The notes: generated by a model from the letters alone, not told the origin. Positions 8,162 to 15,958 are shown, counted from the stretch's first letter. The stretch is 52,749 bases of DNA from an uncultured Candidatus Bathyarchaeia archaeon (GCA_964416035.1 CAYQCQ010000001.1:1-52749); one strand, 5' to 3'. Translations and numbers: made by a program.

Positions 8162-8685
8162 AGAGAGCTACGCATCTTCTCCTCTTCCGTAGAGGAAAGC
8201 TGCCTGGAGCGAAGGGCTGGGAGCTAAGGGCAAGGCTGGGAGAAGACTATGAGGAGATTCTCAGACAGCTCAACGAACTCCTCGATAATGTCGACCTAGA
8301 AGTGAAGACAATAGAGTCAACAGCCGGCGTCGCATCGTTTGGGGAGACGCTTACGCCTGAGTCGCGTTACGTGGCAACACTAAAGGGCACAATAAGCCTG
8401 AGGGAGGCAAGGATGTGCGGCTGGAGGATCGACAGCCTCGCTGGGCTAGCCATCGCCATAGCTTACGTCGTTTCAAAACAGGGAAAGGCCCCAAGGAAAG
8501 AAGTTGAGAAGATCCTCGCAAGGAAATTCGGCAAGTGGAGAGCCATGGCTATGACCGACGCTTTTTCAAGAGTGGGATACTTTGGCGAGGACGAATCAGG
8601 TATGCTCTATTTGGACTGGAGAACCAGAGCTGAAGTGGACCTCAGAACCCTTATGTCAGTACTGGCCGAGGCAAGATTCGAATAG
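8158..8685 (+). CDS. ScpB/KITE-like tandem winged-helix protein
   Basis: - The track ORF starts at 8107, but GTG 8158 overlaps the upstream TGA (GTGA), which is a typical coupled start.
- THLLLFRRGKLPGAKGWELRARLGEDYEEILRQLNELL resembles ScpB winged helix 1.
- DSLAGLAIAIAYVVSKQGKAPRKEVEKILARKFG resembles ScpB winged helix 2. Confidence 0.5.
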   Translation: MKRATHLLLFRRGKLPGAKGWELRARLGEDYEEILRQLNELLDNVDLEVKTIESTAGVASFGETLTPESRYVATLKGTISLREARMCGWRIDSLAGLAIAIAYVVSKQGKAPRKEVEKILARKFGKWRAMAMTDAFSRVGYFGEDESGMLYLDWRTRAEVDLRTLMSVLAEARFE

Positions 8686-8724
8686 AAACCCCACACAAGC
8701 CAGTGCAGAATGCGCTCTCTGAGC

Positions 8725-9144
8725 CTAGTATTTCTCGATCGTTCCACTTATGTGCCCTGTCTTGAGCAGGGCAAGATAATGGACAAGCTTGGGTACTCTC
8801 ATTTTTCCAGTATTATGTATTCTTTCGATTCTGCGGAACGCCTCTTTATCCACGTCCGCGTCAAAGATCAACTCACCGTTGTTCTCCACACGGAACGATC
8901 CAACTTCGCCGTAGATGCCCATAATATCTGACTTGGATAGGATTACAGATCCTCCGGAGATCACGATCTTTTTCGGATCCAATGGCCTTTCGGAGTCGCT
9001 ACTCAGCTCGCCCACGTAGCCTCGCATAGCCTCATTTACGAGATCTGCTACATTTTTGCCCTGTTCCTTTGCCCTTCCAATCAGCTTACTGTAGACCTGC
9101 TTATCGAGGCCACGGATTAAGACAGTGTTAGAGCCGCTTGCCAA
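8725..9144 (-). CDS. ribbon-helix-helix (CopG/Arc-like) regulator with an unassigned beta-rich C-terminal domain
   Basis: - The N-terminal TVLIRGLDKQVYSKLIGRAKEQGKNVADLVNEAMRGY fits the RHH strand-helix-helix pattern.
- It has a TTG start with GGAGG about 10 nt upstream.
- A palindromic operator candidate sits in its promoter. Confidence 0.6.
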   Translation of the reverse strand: MASGSNTVLIRGLDKQVYSKLIGRAKEQGKNVADLVNEAMRGYVGELSSDSERPLDPKKIVISGGSVILSKSDIMGIYGEVGSFRVENNGELIFDADVDKEAFRRIERIHNTGKMRVPKLVHYLALLKTGHISGTIEKY

Positions 9145-9172
9145 TTACTACTTCCTCCTTCTTGGTTAGATC

Positions 9173-9223
9173 GTGAATCGCGGTTAGTGTGATATACATG
9201 TATATCAAGATTCACTATAAAAA
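9173..9223 (-). promoter_or_regulatory. TATA box plus palindromic operator candidate for the RHH gene (possibly bidirectional)
   Basis: - The TATA box TTTTTATA (minus) lies at 9223-9216.
- A perfect 16-bp palindrome, GATATACATGTATATC, lies at 9191-9206, about where the transcription start would fall.
- It is flanked by the inverted heptamers GTGAATC (9173-9179) and GATTCAC (9209-9215). Confidence 0.5.
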
Positions 9224-9264
9224 GTTTGCTAATCCTTAAGAGATGGTATATCATTATATCGTCT

Positions 9265-9474
9265 GTGCAGATCCGGTCTGCAGGGCTTCGAAAATTGGCC
9301 TCAAAAAACTCCCGTGGGAAAAAGGGAAACAACCAGAACAACAATCCTCATACGCCTACAAAACCTTGCGAGTGGTGTGGCCAGAGTCTTCCCACAGTCA
9401 AATACCATCTCCGGATATGTCCCGAGTGCAGAAAAACTTCAATCAGCGCGTTCATGAGAAGTGTTCGGAAGTAG
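9265..9474 (+). CDS. small basic zinc-ribbon protein (about 69 aa from GTG 9265)
   Basis: - It contains CEWCG-x13-CPEC, preceded by a Lys/Asn-rich tail.
- It is divergent from the RHH gene and shares the TATA region.
- The track start at 9226 would precede the predicted transcription start. Confidence 0.3.
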   Translation: MQIRSAGLRKLASKNSRGKKGNNQNNNPHTPTKPCEWCGQSLPTVKYHLRICPECRKTSISAFMRSVRK

Positions 9475-9612
9475 AATCAGCACCTTCTTGAAGCTGTGAT
9501 TGTCGGATAGGCGCTGGGACATGAGTTCGACTCGCTAGGCGATCACGTGCAATATCCTGGTCAAACGTAAAAGTGAAAGGCTTATCTAGGGTTTCTGCTT
9601 TCTGCTGCTAGA

Positions 9613-9901
9613 TGGGGCCGAATCGGGGCCGTAGATTGCGACAGGAATCTGCTTGCGCACACGGTCTCTAGCCAGGTATGACGACAACCTGCATGAGCGA
9701 TCTTCAAAGATGGACGACACCGGGAAAGCCGTTGACGGTCGTCTCGTCGTAGACAATTGCTCGTGCAGTCGCCAAGGGCTCCAGAAGCCATAAGATGGGT
9801 TTGCGGACCGCAAGGGATGAAGATCTTCAGGAGCGCGTGAAGAAACCCGTAGGTCAAGGGTTCAAAATGATGTGCGCGTCATGAAACTCCCTCCGGCCCC
9901 A
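9613..9901 (+). ncRNA. candidate structured ncRNA of about 290 nt, identity unresolved (SRP/7S RNA is a weak guess)
   Basis: - The stretch has no credible ORF.
- A terminal helix pairs UGGGGCCG (9613-9620) with CGGCCCCA (9894-9901).
- A long-range helix pairs 9654-9661 with 9871-8.
- Three hairpins pair 9631-37 with 9646-52, 9689-98 with 9759-68, and 9778-87 with 9825-34.
- Three of these helices contain a G.U pair on the + strand that would be a C.A mismatch on the - strand. Confidence 0.35.
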
Positions 9902-10002
9902 CCACAGCCTTGGTATTTCACAGCTCACGAAAGACCGTGATTTCGAAAGCGTTATTTCCCGCGGCGGCACTGTAACATTTCAGTTCTAGGCAGGCTAGGT
10001 CC

Positions 10003-10245
10003 ATGGTCTTTCAAAGTGCAATACGCCTGTACGAAGTTGTGGGCTCTATCCAATTCTTTTGGTTCGTCTTTGTTCTTAACGTGGGCCTATTTCTTCTGAT
10101 AGTAATCCTCCTGAGACTTACATATTCGACCTACGCTGCCTGTCCTATTCATCATTGCGAGGTCCAGTACATTCCATCTATGGATGTCTACTATTGCAAG
10201 CTATGCTCAGACTATGTTGCTTCACCGGAGCAGATGAAGCGCTAG
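10003..10245 (+). CDS. small membrane protein with a Cys/His cluster
   Basis: - An 80-aa ORF.
- It has one clear hydrophobic helix, FFWFVFVLNVGLFLLIVILL.
- This is followed by CPIHHC...CKLC.
- No homology is recognised. Confidence 0.3.
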   Translation: MVFQSAIRLYEVVGSIQFFWFVFVLNVGLFLLIVILLRLTYSTYAACPIHHCEVQYIPSMDVYYCKLCSDYVASPEQMKR

Positions 10246-10577
10246 TTACTGTTTTACGGCGCTGCCGTCCTTGCTTTCTGAGAACTCACGTCCCTTAGTG
10301 AACGTTCCCTCATCGCACCAACTGGAGAACCAATTCCTTAGGAATTGTATGAAACGCTGGCCCGAGGCACCTGCATTATCAACCCTAGACGCTTGGAATG
10401 ATCGTGAAACAGTGATTTCAGAGTTAGAGAGTGAACTGTCTTCACCGCTTGCGCTTCAATCGATCTTCTGTAGTACGGAAATGTTGCGCGGCTGTTTCTC
10501 AAGCCAGTTAGAAACTGAATAGCTAACTTAACATTAGGTAATCCTTAATTATTTGACATCTTCATTCAGAAAACGGA

Positions 10578-10698
10578 GTTGGCGGCCATAGCTGGGAGCT
10601 AGGACCCGTACCCATTTCGAACACGGCAGTGAATCTCCCAGGCGATTCAGGCTGTAGTGTGGTGCGAAAGCCCATGCCAAACTTGGACAGCTGCCAGC
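10578..10698 (+). rRNA. 5S ribosomal RNA (not linked to 16S/23S in this window)
   Basis: - The sequence GUUGGCGGCCAUAGC...CCCAUUUCGAACACGGCAGUGAAUC...GCUGCCAGC matches the 5S consensus core (CAUUUCGAAC.CGG.AGU.AA).
- The 5' and 3' ends form a 9-bp helix I. Confidence 0.9.
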
Positions 10699-10773
10699 TC
10701 CATTCGAATGCCCAATTAAGGTTTATAACAGTCACTTAACAGTCTTAGGGAAGATTCGCCAGAGGCACTTCAG

Positions 10774-11901
10774 TTGATTCCGCTGTTCTCAGCTACAGGT
10801 CTGCCGTTCGGGCCATTAGGAGATCTCAACACGATAATCTCTCTGCTGATGTACCTTTCCTTTATTCTGATGATGTTCTTTGGGCAAAAGGTCCAAGTCC
10901 GTCTTATGCTCCTAGAGGTTGATGGAGTTGTGAAGCGGCTTGAACACATGAGAAACGAGACGAAACTCCTGAGCCTCAAGACTTTGAAGGAAGTTGGCAA
11001 ACCGAAGGAAGATCCCACGCCTGAGTTGAACATGATGCTTGAACAGTTTCTCATCTCGCCTGAAGGAATGGATCCGGCAGGGCTCGTCTGGAAGCTGGAT
11101 CATATCCTCAATGTTCGAGACATGAAATTCAAGGACGACGTCAAGAAGATCGCGCCCGAGGCAGACGAGTCTCAGGTGAACAACCTTGAGAACTTGATCG
11201 AGGCTTCGCAGGCGATGAACACGATTTACCGAATCGTACGACACTTCTACCTTCTCGGAAAAAGGACTTCAAGTTTCTACATAGTATTGCAGATTCAGAT
11301 GATCCTTCCTCTCATAATGCAAGAGGCCGAGGCCCTCATGGCTGCGGCTAGGGCTTTCTCACAGGGTCAGCCAATAGGGGACGGGGCAGGGGCCTTGGTG
11401 GCCGCCAAACTCATGCAAGGTAAGGAGAAGAAAAAACTCGACCGGGACATCGTGGCCGCTGAGACAATGATCGAGGGAAGAAGGGTAATTCCTCTCAAGG
11501 CCGAGGGTCCAGGCGGAAACGTGGGTAAGCCTGGCGATGCGATAAGGCAGATCATTGATGAAAACAAAGGAAAGATCGCCATGGTGGTCATGGTTGATGC
11601 AGCGTTGAAGCTTGAAGGAGACAAGACAGGGGACCTGAGCGAGGGTATAGGCGCGGCCATTGGAGGCCCGGGAACGGAAAGGTTCAAGATAGAAGAAGAA
11701 GCAGTAAGGCACAAAATTCCTGTGTACGCCATAATAATTAAGGAGAGTATATTGGAAGCCATCGCTCCGATGAAGAAAGAGATTTCGGAGGCTGCGGAGC
11801 TAGTTGTGTCAAGGATCAAGAAGCTGATTCTTGACCGGACAAAAGAAGGAGACACAGTGATTGTGGCCGGGATCGGAAATACTGTGGGAATTGGCCAGTA
11901 G
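10774..11901 (+). CDS. conserved archaeal membrane-anchored protein (DUF1512-like by recollection)
   Basis: - A 375-aa ORF with an N-terminal TM helix (IISLLMYLSFILMMFF).
- The soluble body has Gly-rich segments, GDGAGALVAAKL and GIGAAIGGPG.
- The family name comes from memory and has not been searched. Confidence 0.65.
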   Translation: MIPLFSATGLPFGPLGDLNTIISLLMYLSFILMMFFGQKVQVRLMLLEVDGVVKRLEHMRNETKLLSLKTLKEVGKPKEDPTPELNMMLEQFLISPEGMDPAGLVWKLDHILNVRDMKFKDDVKKIAPEADESQVNNLENLIEASQAMNTIYRIVRHFYLLGKRTSSFYIVLQIQMILPLIMQEAEALMAAARAFSQGQPIGDGAGALVAAKLMQGKEKKKLDRDIVAAETMIEGRRVIPLKAEGPGGNVGKPGDAIRQIIDENKGKIAMVVMVDAALKLEGDKTGDLSEGIGAAIGGPGTERFKIEEEAVRHKIPVYAIIIKESILEAIAPMKKEISEAAELVVSRIKKLILDRTKEGDTVIVAGIGNTVGIGQ

Positions 11902-12306
11902 GTGTGGACAATGCAGACAAGAGCCCCTAGCACCGTGTACCTGTACCTGCTGATAGCATTCAGCATAGCGGTTCTGGGATATTCGATATGGATGCTCTAC
12001 ACCGGCATTCTCTCAATGAAGGAAGGAAACATGGAGAGCTTCTACTATACTATGTTCATCAGCCTAATCGGCATCATGCTTGCAGTCAGCTCCCTAACGC
12101 AGATCAGAAGAAGAATATCCATCCTTCCCCGAATCGGAGTGAAGGTCCTGACAGTCGCTTTATGCGATAAGTGCAACTTCAAGGTCATACGAAACTTCGC
12201 CACTGGGGACTATGTCTTCAAGGAATCAGGAAAATGTCAGCAATGCAACGAAACCATGTACATCAGTCAAATCTACCAAGAGGAACCGAAAAAGAAGCAA
12301 GACTAA
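11902..12306 (+). CDS. two-TM membrane protein with a C-terminal zinc ribbon
   Basis: - The GTG start immediately follows the upstream TAG.
- It has two hydrophobic helices.
- These are followed by CDKCN-x21-CQQCN. Confidence 0.6.
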   Translation: MWTMQTRAPSTVYLYLLIAFSIAVLGYSIWMLYTGILSMKEGNMESFYYTMFISLIGIMLAVSSLTQIRRRISILPRIGVKVLTVALCDKCNFKVIRNFATGDYVFKESGKCQQCNETMYISQIYQEEPKKKQD

Positions 12307-13205
12307 GCTGTCAGGTTTTCGCATCCGTCCTCTGTGATTAGAACAGTATGCTCTGCTTGAGCCACAGGTTCTCCACTTCTCTCCACTAGCACAGGGTATC
12401 CTGAAACACACTTAGACTTAATCAAGTCGGCGAATGCGGCATCGGGCTTCCCAAGCCAATCAAGCCTTGCCAGCCAACGACGGGCAAATGGGAGGGTCTT
12501 GAATTCTCTTTCTATATACGCAATCAGACGCTTTCCTTCTTCAGTATCACATCCTTTCCGTTTGGAGAATCTGAAAATGTACGCTCTGTCCTCATCCTTG
12601 ACCTCGCCTTTCGCCGACTTGGATGTAACGAAGGGTTCAAGTGCACAGATCTGGCCTGCCTTGAGCTTTCCACCGGCCACGCTTCCCACGTTGGGTATCG
12701 CTTCCCCTGTATGAACTGTGTATCTCTCTATCAGGTGGCCCGTTAGGTTTCGTATCGGCTTGAACCCCCTTCTCTCAATGGTCGCTTGAATAAGCGCTCC
12801 TACCTCAGAGACTCTGACTCCGGCGCGAACAATCTCCAGCGCTTTCCGCAAGGCTTCCTCCGCCGTCCAGGCCATGGGGCTTAACTTAGGGCTAAGCGAC
12901 ACGGTTACGGCGCTGTCTGCAATGAATCCGTCTATGTGAACTCCAAAGTCGACCTTTACAATCGAGCCGTTTGGTACGCGGGAAGTGTCTCCAGAGGGTG
13001 AAGTGTAGTGAGCTGCAATCTCGTTCACGCCAACGTTGCAAGGAAACGCAGGCCTTCCTCCCAATTGAACAATCGTGCTCTCCACCTTCTCGCAGATATC
13101 TACCAGCTTAACGCCCTCTCGGACCAGCTCAGGCACCAGCTTTCTAAGATGCGCGACAATTCTTCCTGCCTTTCTATAGCATTCCAACGCTTCGTCCGAA
13201 ATCAA
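12303..13205 (-). CDS. map: methionine aminopeptidase, type 2 (archaeal)
   Basis: It has the pita-bread motifs AFPCNVGVNEIAAHYTP, VKVDFGVHIDGFIADSA, NLTGHLIERYTVH and EHTVLIT. Confidence 0.9.
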   Translation of the reverse strand: MISDEALECYRKAGRIVAHLRKLVPELVREGVKLVDICEKVESTIVQLGGRPAFPCNVGVNEIAAHYTSPSGDTSRVPNGSIVKVDFGVHIDGFIADSAVTVSLSPKLSPMAWTAEEALRKALEIVRAGVRVSEVGALIQATIERRGFKPIRNLTGHLIERYTVHTGEAIPNVGSVAGGKLKAGQICALEPFVTSKSAKGEVKDEDRAYIFRFSKRKGCDTEEGKRLIAYIEREFKTLPFARRWLARLDWLGKPDAAFADLIKSKCVSGYPVLVERSGEPVAQAEHTVLITEDGCENLTA

Positions 13206-13222
13206 ATAGCAAACCCCCTGAG

Positions 13223-14335
13223 CTAGAGTAACTGATTCTCAAACACCTTAGGAAGAAACAATTTAGCTTCCTCTCTTTTTCTCTGAATCTCAATGAGAAA
13301 CTTAGCAATTCTATCTGAAACTACTGCCTTGCACTCGCCACATAGAAGATCACCTGAGGTGCACCTGTTGTAGGTACTTTCAAGTAGCTCGTCCTCAAAA
13401 TGGAAAAGAAGGAACTCGTAGACGACACATCTCTCGGGCTGTCCGCCCACTCGCTTCTGCTCCTGAATCGTTTCGCGCCCTCCCGTGAAGGCGTTCTTCA
13501 GCTTTTCTTTCGCGGCTTCGACACTGTCTGTGAGGAAAATTGCGGTCTCAGGCTTGCTGCTCGACATCTTCGTTCCGGGACCCTGGAGACCTGACATCAT
13601 TTTCGTGTAGATGGAGGAGGGCTTTATCATTCCGAAGCGAGGGGCCAGGTCCCTACTTAGCCTCAAATGAATGTCTTGGTCGATTCCAACCGGAACGAGG
13701 ACTGGCTTCACACCTCCCCGCTCAGACAACTGGGGGTGCAAAATGTCTGCAGCGTCAATGAAGGGGAAGAAAATCTTGCCCATGTTGTCTGAGCTGTTGA
13801 ACCCGTACATGGCATGCATTTGACTGAGTGTAATCTTAGACGCAGCTTTAAACGAAAAGTTCCGAACCAGCTCGTTTCTCCATTGGCTGTAGAGACAGCA
13901 CCTGTCCTTATTCACTAGATCAACACCAAGTGCGAGATAGTTGAGGATGTATTCGTTGACAGTTATTTCCTTGCACATCTCCGCGTCGATTCCTCTTATG
14001 ACATGTGCCTCTATGTCTGATACTGGAATGTAGAGCATGACGCCCTGTCCTTGATACCAAGCCATGAGGTCGGCGATCAGTTTGTGACCGAAGTGAAACC
14101 CTCCTGATGGATCCATTCCGGTCAGTACCACGAACTGCTCCCCGCTCTCTTGTGCATCAAGTATCCGGTCGAAGTCCCTATGGGCGAAGACGACTTCTCT
14201 CGTGAACAATCTGTGAGGGTTCTTTAGTCGTTTCAAGAGCTTTGTCGTCATGGGTTGTAGTCCAAACTCTTGGATGATTCGGGTATAGTCGACATGTTCC
14301 AGCTCAAACTCCCAAGGTGTAATTCCCTTTGACAT
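13223..14335 (-). CDS. trpS: tryptophanyl-tRNA synthetase (archaeal/eukaryotic type)
   Basis: - It shows the class I signatures GMDPSGGFHFGH (HIGH-like) and KMSSSKP (KMSKS).
- The N-terminus, ITPWEFE..VDYTRIIQEFG, is typical of archaeal TrpRS. Confidence 0.9.
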   Translation of the reverse strand: MSKGITPWEFELEHVDYTRIIQEFGLQPMTTKLLKRLKNPHRLFTREVVFAHRDFDRILDAQESGEQFVVLTGMDPSGGFHFGHKLIADLMAWYQGQGVMLYIPVSDIEAHVIRGIDAEMCKEITVNEYILNYLALGVDLVNKDRCCLYSQWRNELVRNFSFKAASKITLSQMHAMYGFNSSDNMGKIFFPFIDAADILHPQLSERGGVKPVLVPVGIDQDIHLRLSRDLAPRFGMIKPSSIYTKMMSGLQGPGTKMSSSKPETAIFLTDSVEAAKEKLKNAFTGGRETIQEQKRVGGQPERCVVYEFLLFHFEDELLESTYNRCTSGDLLCGECKAVVSDRIAKFLIEIQRKREEAKLFLPKVFENQLL

Positions 14336-14419
14336 GATGCAGACAGACCTTCTGCGACACAGATCGACCTAGAGTTAACGCGCCTTCTGAAATAAATATA
14401 AGTGTTGAAAGTGAACTGA

Positions 14420-15958
14420 GTGGGGTCACGGTTTCGAGGGGCACTAGGTTTGACTGAACTTCGAGAGAACGAAGCAAGGTTGCTGGAATCGCTTGGGCGC
14501 ATGCATGGAAAAGGAGCCATGGAACAGCTAGCACGAGAGAGCGGACTGCACCTATCATCTGCGATGAGAGCGGCGCTATCTCTCCAAAAGGAGAAACTGT
14601 TGAGGATATTGGAGAAGAAGAGAACCCTCGTTAGATTGAACGAGGAGGGCATCTCCTACGCCGAGATGAAAGTGCCTGAGCGAAGGCTGGTTGAGGCCGC
14701 GCTGAGGGCTGGGGGTGAGGCGGACCTCAGTGACCTCGGTAGGAAGACCCATGTTCCAGAGAATATGCTTCCGATAGCCATAGGGTGGATACGGAGAAAA
14801 GGCTGGGGAGGGATTAGGAAGAGAGATGGCCGACCAATTCTTTCAGTCGAAAGAGAACCTAGTGAGAGTACTGACGAGTTACTCCTCAGAACTATCTACG
14901 AGAGGAAGCAAGTCGAGATCGAAGATGTTCCAAGTGAACTGAAGGCGGCCTTGACCATACTGAAGGGCCGAAACCTGATCGATCTTGACGAGAAAGTTGA
15001 CAGGAATCTAGAACTCACAACCTCCGGTCTCGACATCGTGACCAAGGGAGTCAAGTTTTCTGAAGAGGTAACTGCTCTAACGTCAGACCTGATACTCAGT
15101 GGCAGATGGCGAGACATTAAGCTGAGAGAGTACGACATCTCAGCTGCCCCTCCAGAGTTCTATCCTGGAAGGAAGCACATCTTCGCCGAATTCATAGACG
15201 AGGCGAAAAGGGCCTTGGTGGCTATGGGCTTTGAGGAGTATGAAGGCCCATTCGTTGAGACTGAGTTCTGGAACTTTGATGTCCTATTTCAGGCTCAGGA
15301 TCACCCTGCAAGGGAGATACATGACAGTTACAGGCTGAAGCACCCGAAACAAGGAGATATTGAGTTCCATGACCTCGCGGAAAAGGTGAGGCACACACAT
15401 GAGGGTGGCTGGACCACTGGGTCGAATGGGTGGGGCTACGAATGGAGTTACGATGTTGCGAGAAGGCTTGTTCTGAGGACTCAGACCACGGCAGTCTCAG
15501 TAAGATATCTTGCGACTCATCGGAAACCTCCAATCAAGATGTACTGTTTGTCCAAGATCTTCAGGCCTGATGTCTTGGACGCGCTGCACGCTATGGAGTT
15601 TCATCAGTTGGACGGCATCGTTGGAGACAAAGGTATCAATCTTTGCCACCTGCTGGGTTTTCTGAAGGAATTTGCCGCAATGCTAGGGTTGGGTGAAGTG
15701 AAGTTTAGGCCGCATTACTTCCCGTTCACTGAGCCTAGTGTTGAGTCCTATGTGAAGCATCCGAAGCTCGGATGGGTCGAGTTTGTAGGGTCAGGAGTTT
15801 TCCGTCCTGAGGTTCTTAGACCTCTCGGGATAGATTTTCCCGTAATAGCTTGGGGAATAGGATTTGACAGACTAGCTATGATCGGGCTGGGGATTGACGA
15901 CATCCGGGAGTTATACTCGAAAAGGCTTGACTGGCTGAGGATGAAACCCTTAAGGTGA
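14420..15958 (+). CDS. pheS: phenylalanyl-tRNA synthetase alpha subunit
   Basis: - The class II motifs include FRPHYFPFTEPSVE (motif 3 region) and HPAREIHDSY.
- The start is either GTG 14420 (possibly leaderless, with the TATA-like AAATATAA at about 14392) or TTG 14450. Confidence 0.9.
   Translation: MGSRFRGALGLTELRENEARLLESLGRMHGKGAMEQLARESGLHLSSAMRAALSLQKEKLLRILEKKRTLVRLNEEGISYAEMKVPERRLVEAALRAGGEADLSDLGRKTHVPENMLPIAIGWIRRKGWGGIRKRDGRPILSVEREPSESTDELLLRTIYERKQVEIEDVPSELKAALTILKGRNLIDLDEKVDRNLELTTSGLDIVTKGVKFSEEVTALTSDLILSGRWRDIKLREYDISAAPPEFYPGRKHIFAEFIDEAKRALVAMGFEEYEGPFVETEFWNFDVLFQAQDHPAREIHDSYRLKHPKQGDIEFHDLAEKVRHTHEGGWTTGSNGWGYEWSYDVARRLVLRTQTTAVSVRYLATHRKPPIKMYCLSKIFRPDVLDALHAMEFHQLDGIVGDKGINLCHLLGFLKEFAAMLGLGEVKFRPHYFPFTEPSVESYVKHPKLGWVEFVGSGVFRPEVLRPLGIDFPVIAWGIGFDRLAMIGLGIDDIRELYSKRLDWLRMKPLR

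Noticed and set aside
5337-8685. I considered whether the SMC-like/kleisin-like/KITE-like triad is a Wadjet (JetABCD) or MksBEFG anti-plasmid defence system.
   Set aside because: - There is no JetD/MksG-type Toprim nuclease gene in or next to the operon.
- The gene order (SMC first) differs from jetABC.
- The flanks are housekeeping genes rather than a defence island.
- The only small Toprim gene (19025-19459) is 10 kb away, between tyrS and dnaG.
- I cannot fully exclude a defence role without profile searches.
9243-9491. The 82-aa track ORF in the other frame over the zinc-ribbon gene.
   Set aside because: - It has no motif and a low-complexity composition.
- The overlapping frame contains a well-spaced CxxC-x13-CxxC ribbon, so only that frame is reported, and with low confidence.
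9613-9901. I considered whether the structured region is RNase P RNA.
   Set aside because: - GGGAAAGCC (about 9721-9729) and AGAAACCCG (about 9840-9848) superficially resemble CR-I and CR-V.
- However, the P4 pairing (AAG-U-CCGG with CCGGCUU) cannot be formed.
- The boxes are also not positioned after a P3 hairpin or near the 3' end, respectively.
10271-10522. The 83-aa ORF between the small membrane ORF and the 5S rRNA.
   Set aside because: It has no motif, no hydrophobic or charged pattern, and no ribosome-binding or promoter element that I could see, so I left it unannotated.
10699-10720. I considered a tRNA T-arm, based on TTCGAAT directly after the 5S gene and other GTTCGA-like strings such as the one at about 9520.
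   Set aside because: - No acceptor, D or anticodon stems can be drawn around any of them.
- I found no tRNA gene in the window by eye. tRNAscan-SE should confirm this.
11367-11966. Long antisense or overlapping ORFs inside confident genes. Examples are 11367..11966, 14248..14652, 2335..2796, 25957..26367, 32460..32975, 38549..39013, 50811..51182 and 51828..52451.
   Set aside because: - They are shadow ORFs on the opposite strand or in an alternate frame of genes with clear family motifs.
- Their compositions are Ser/Arg/Pro/Cys-rich and have no motifs.
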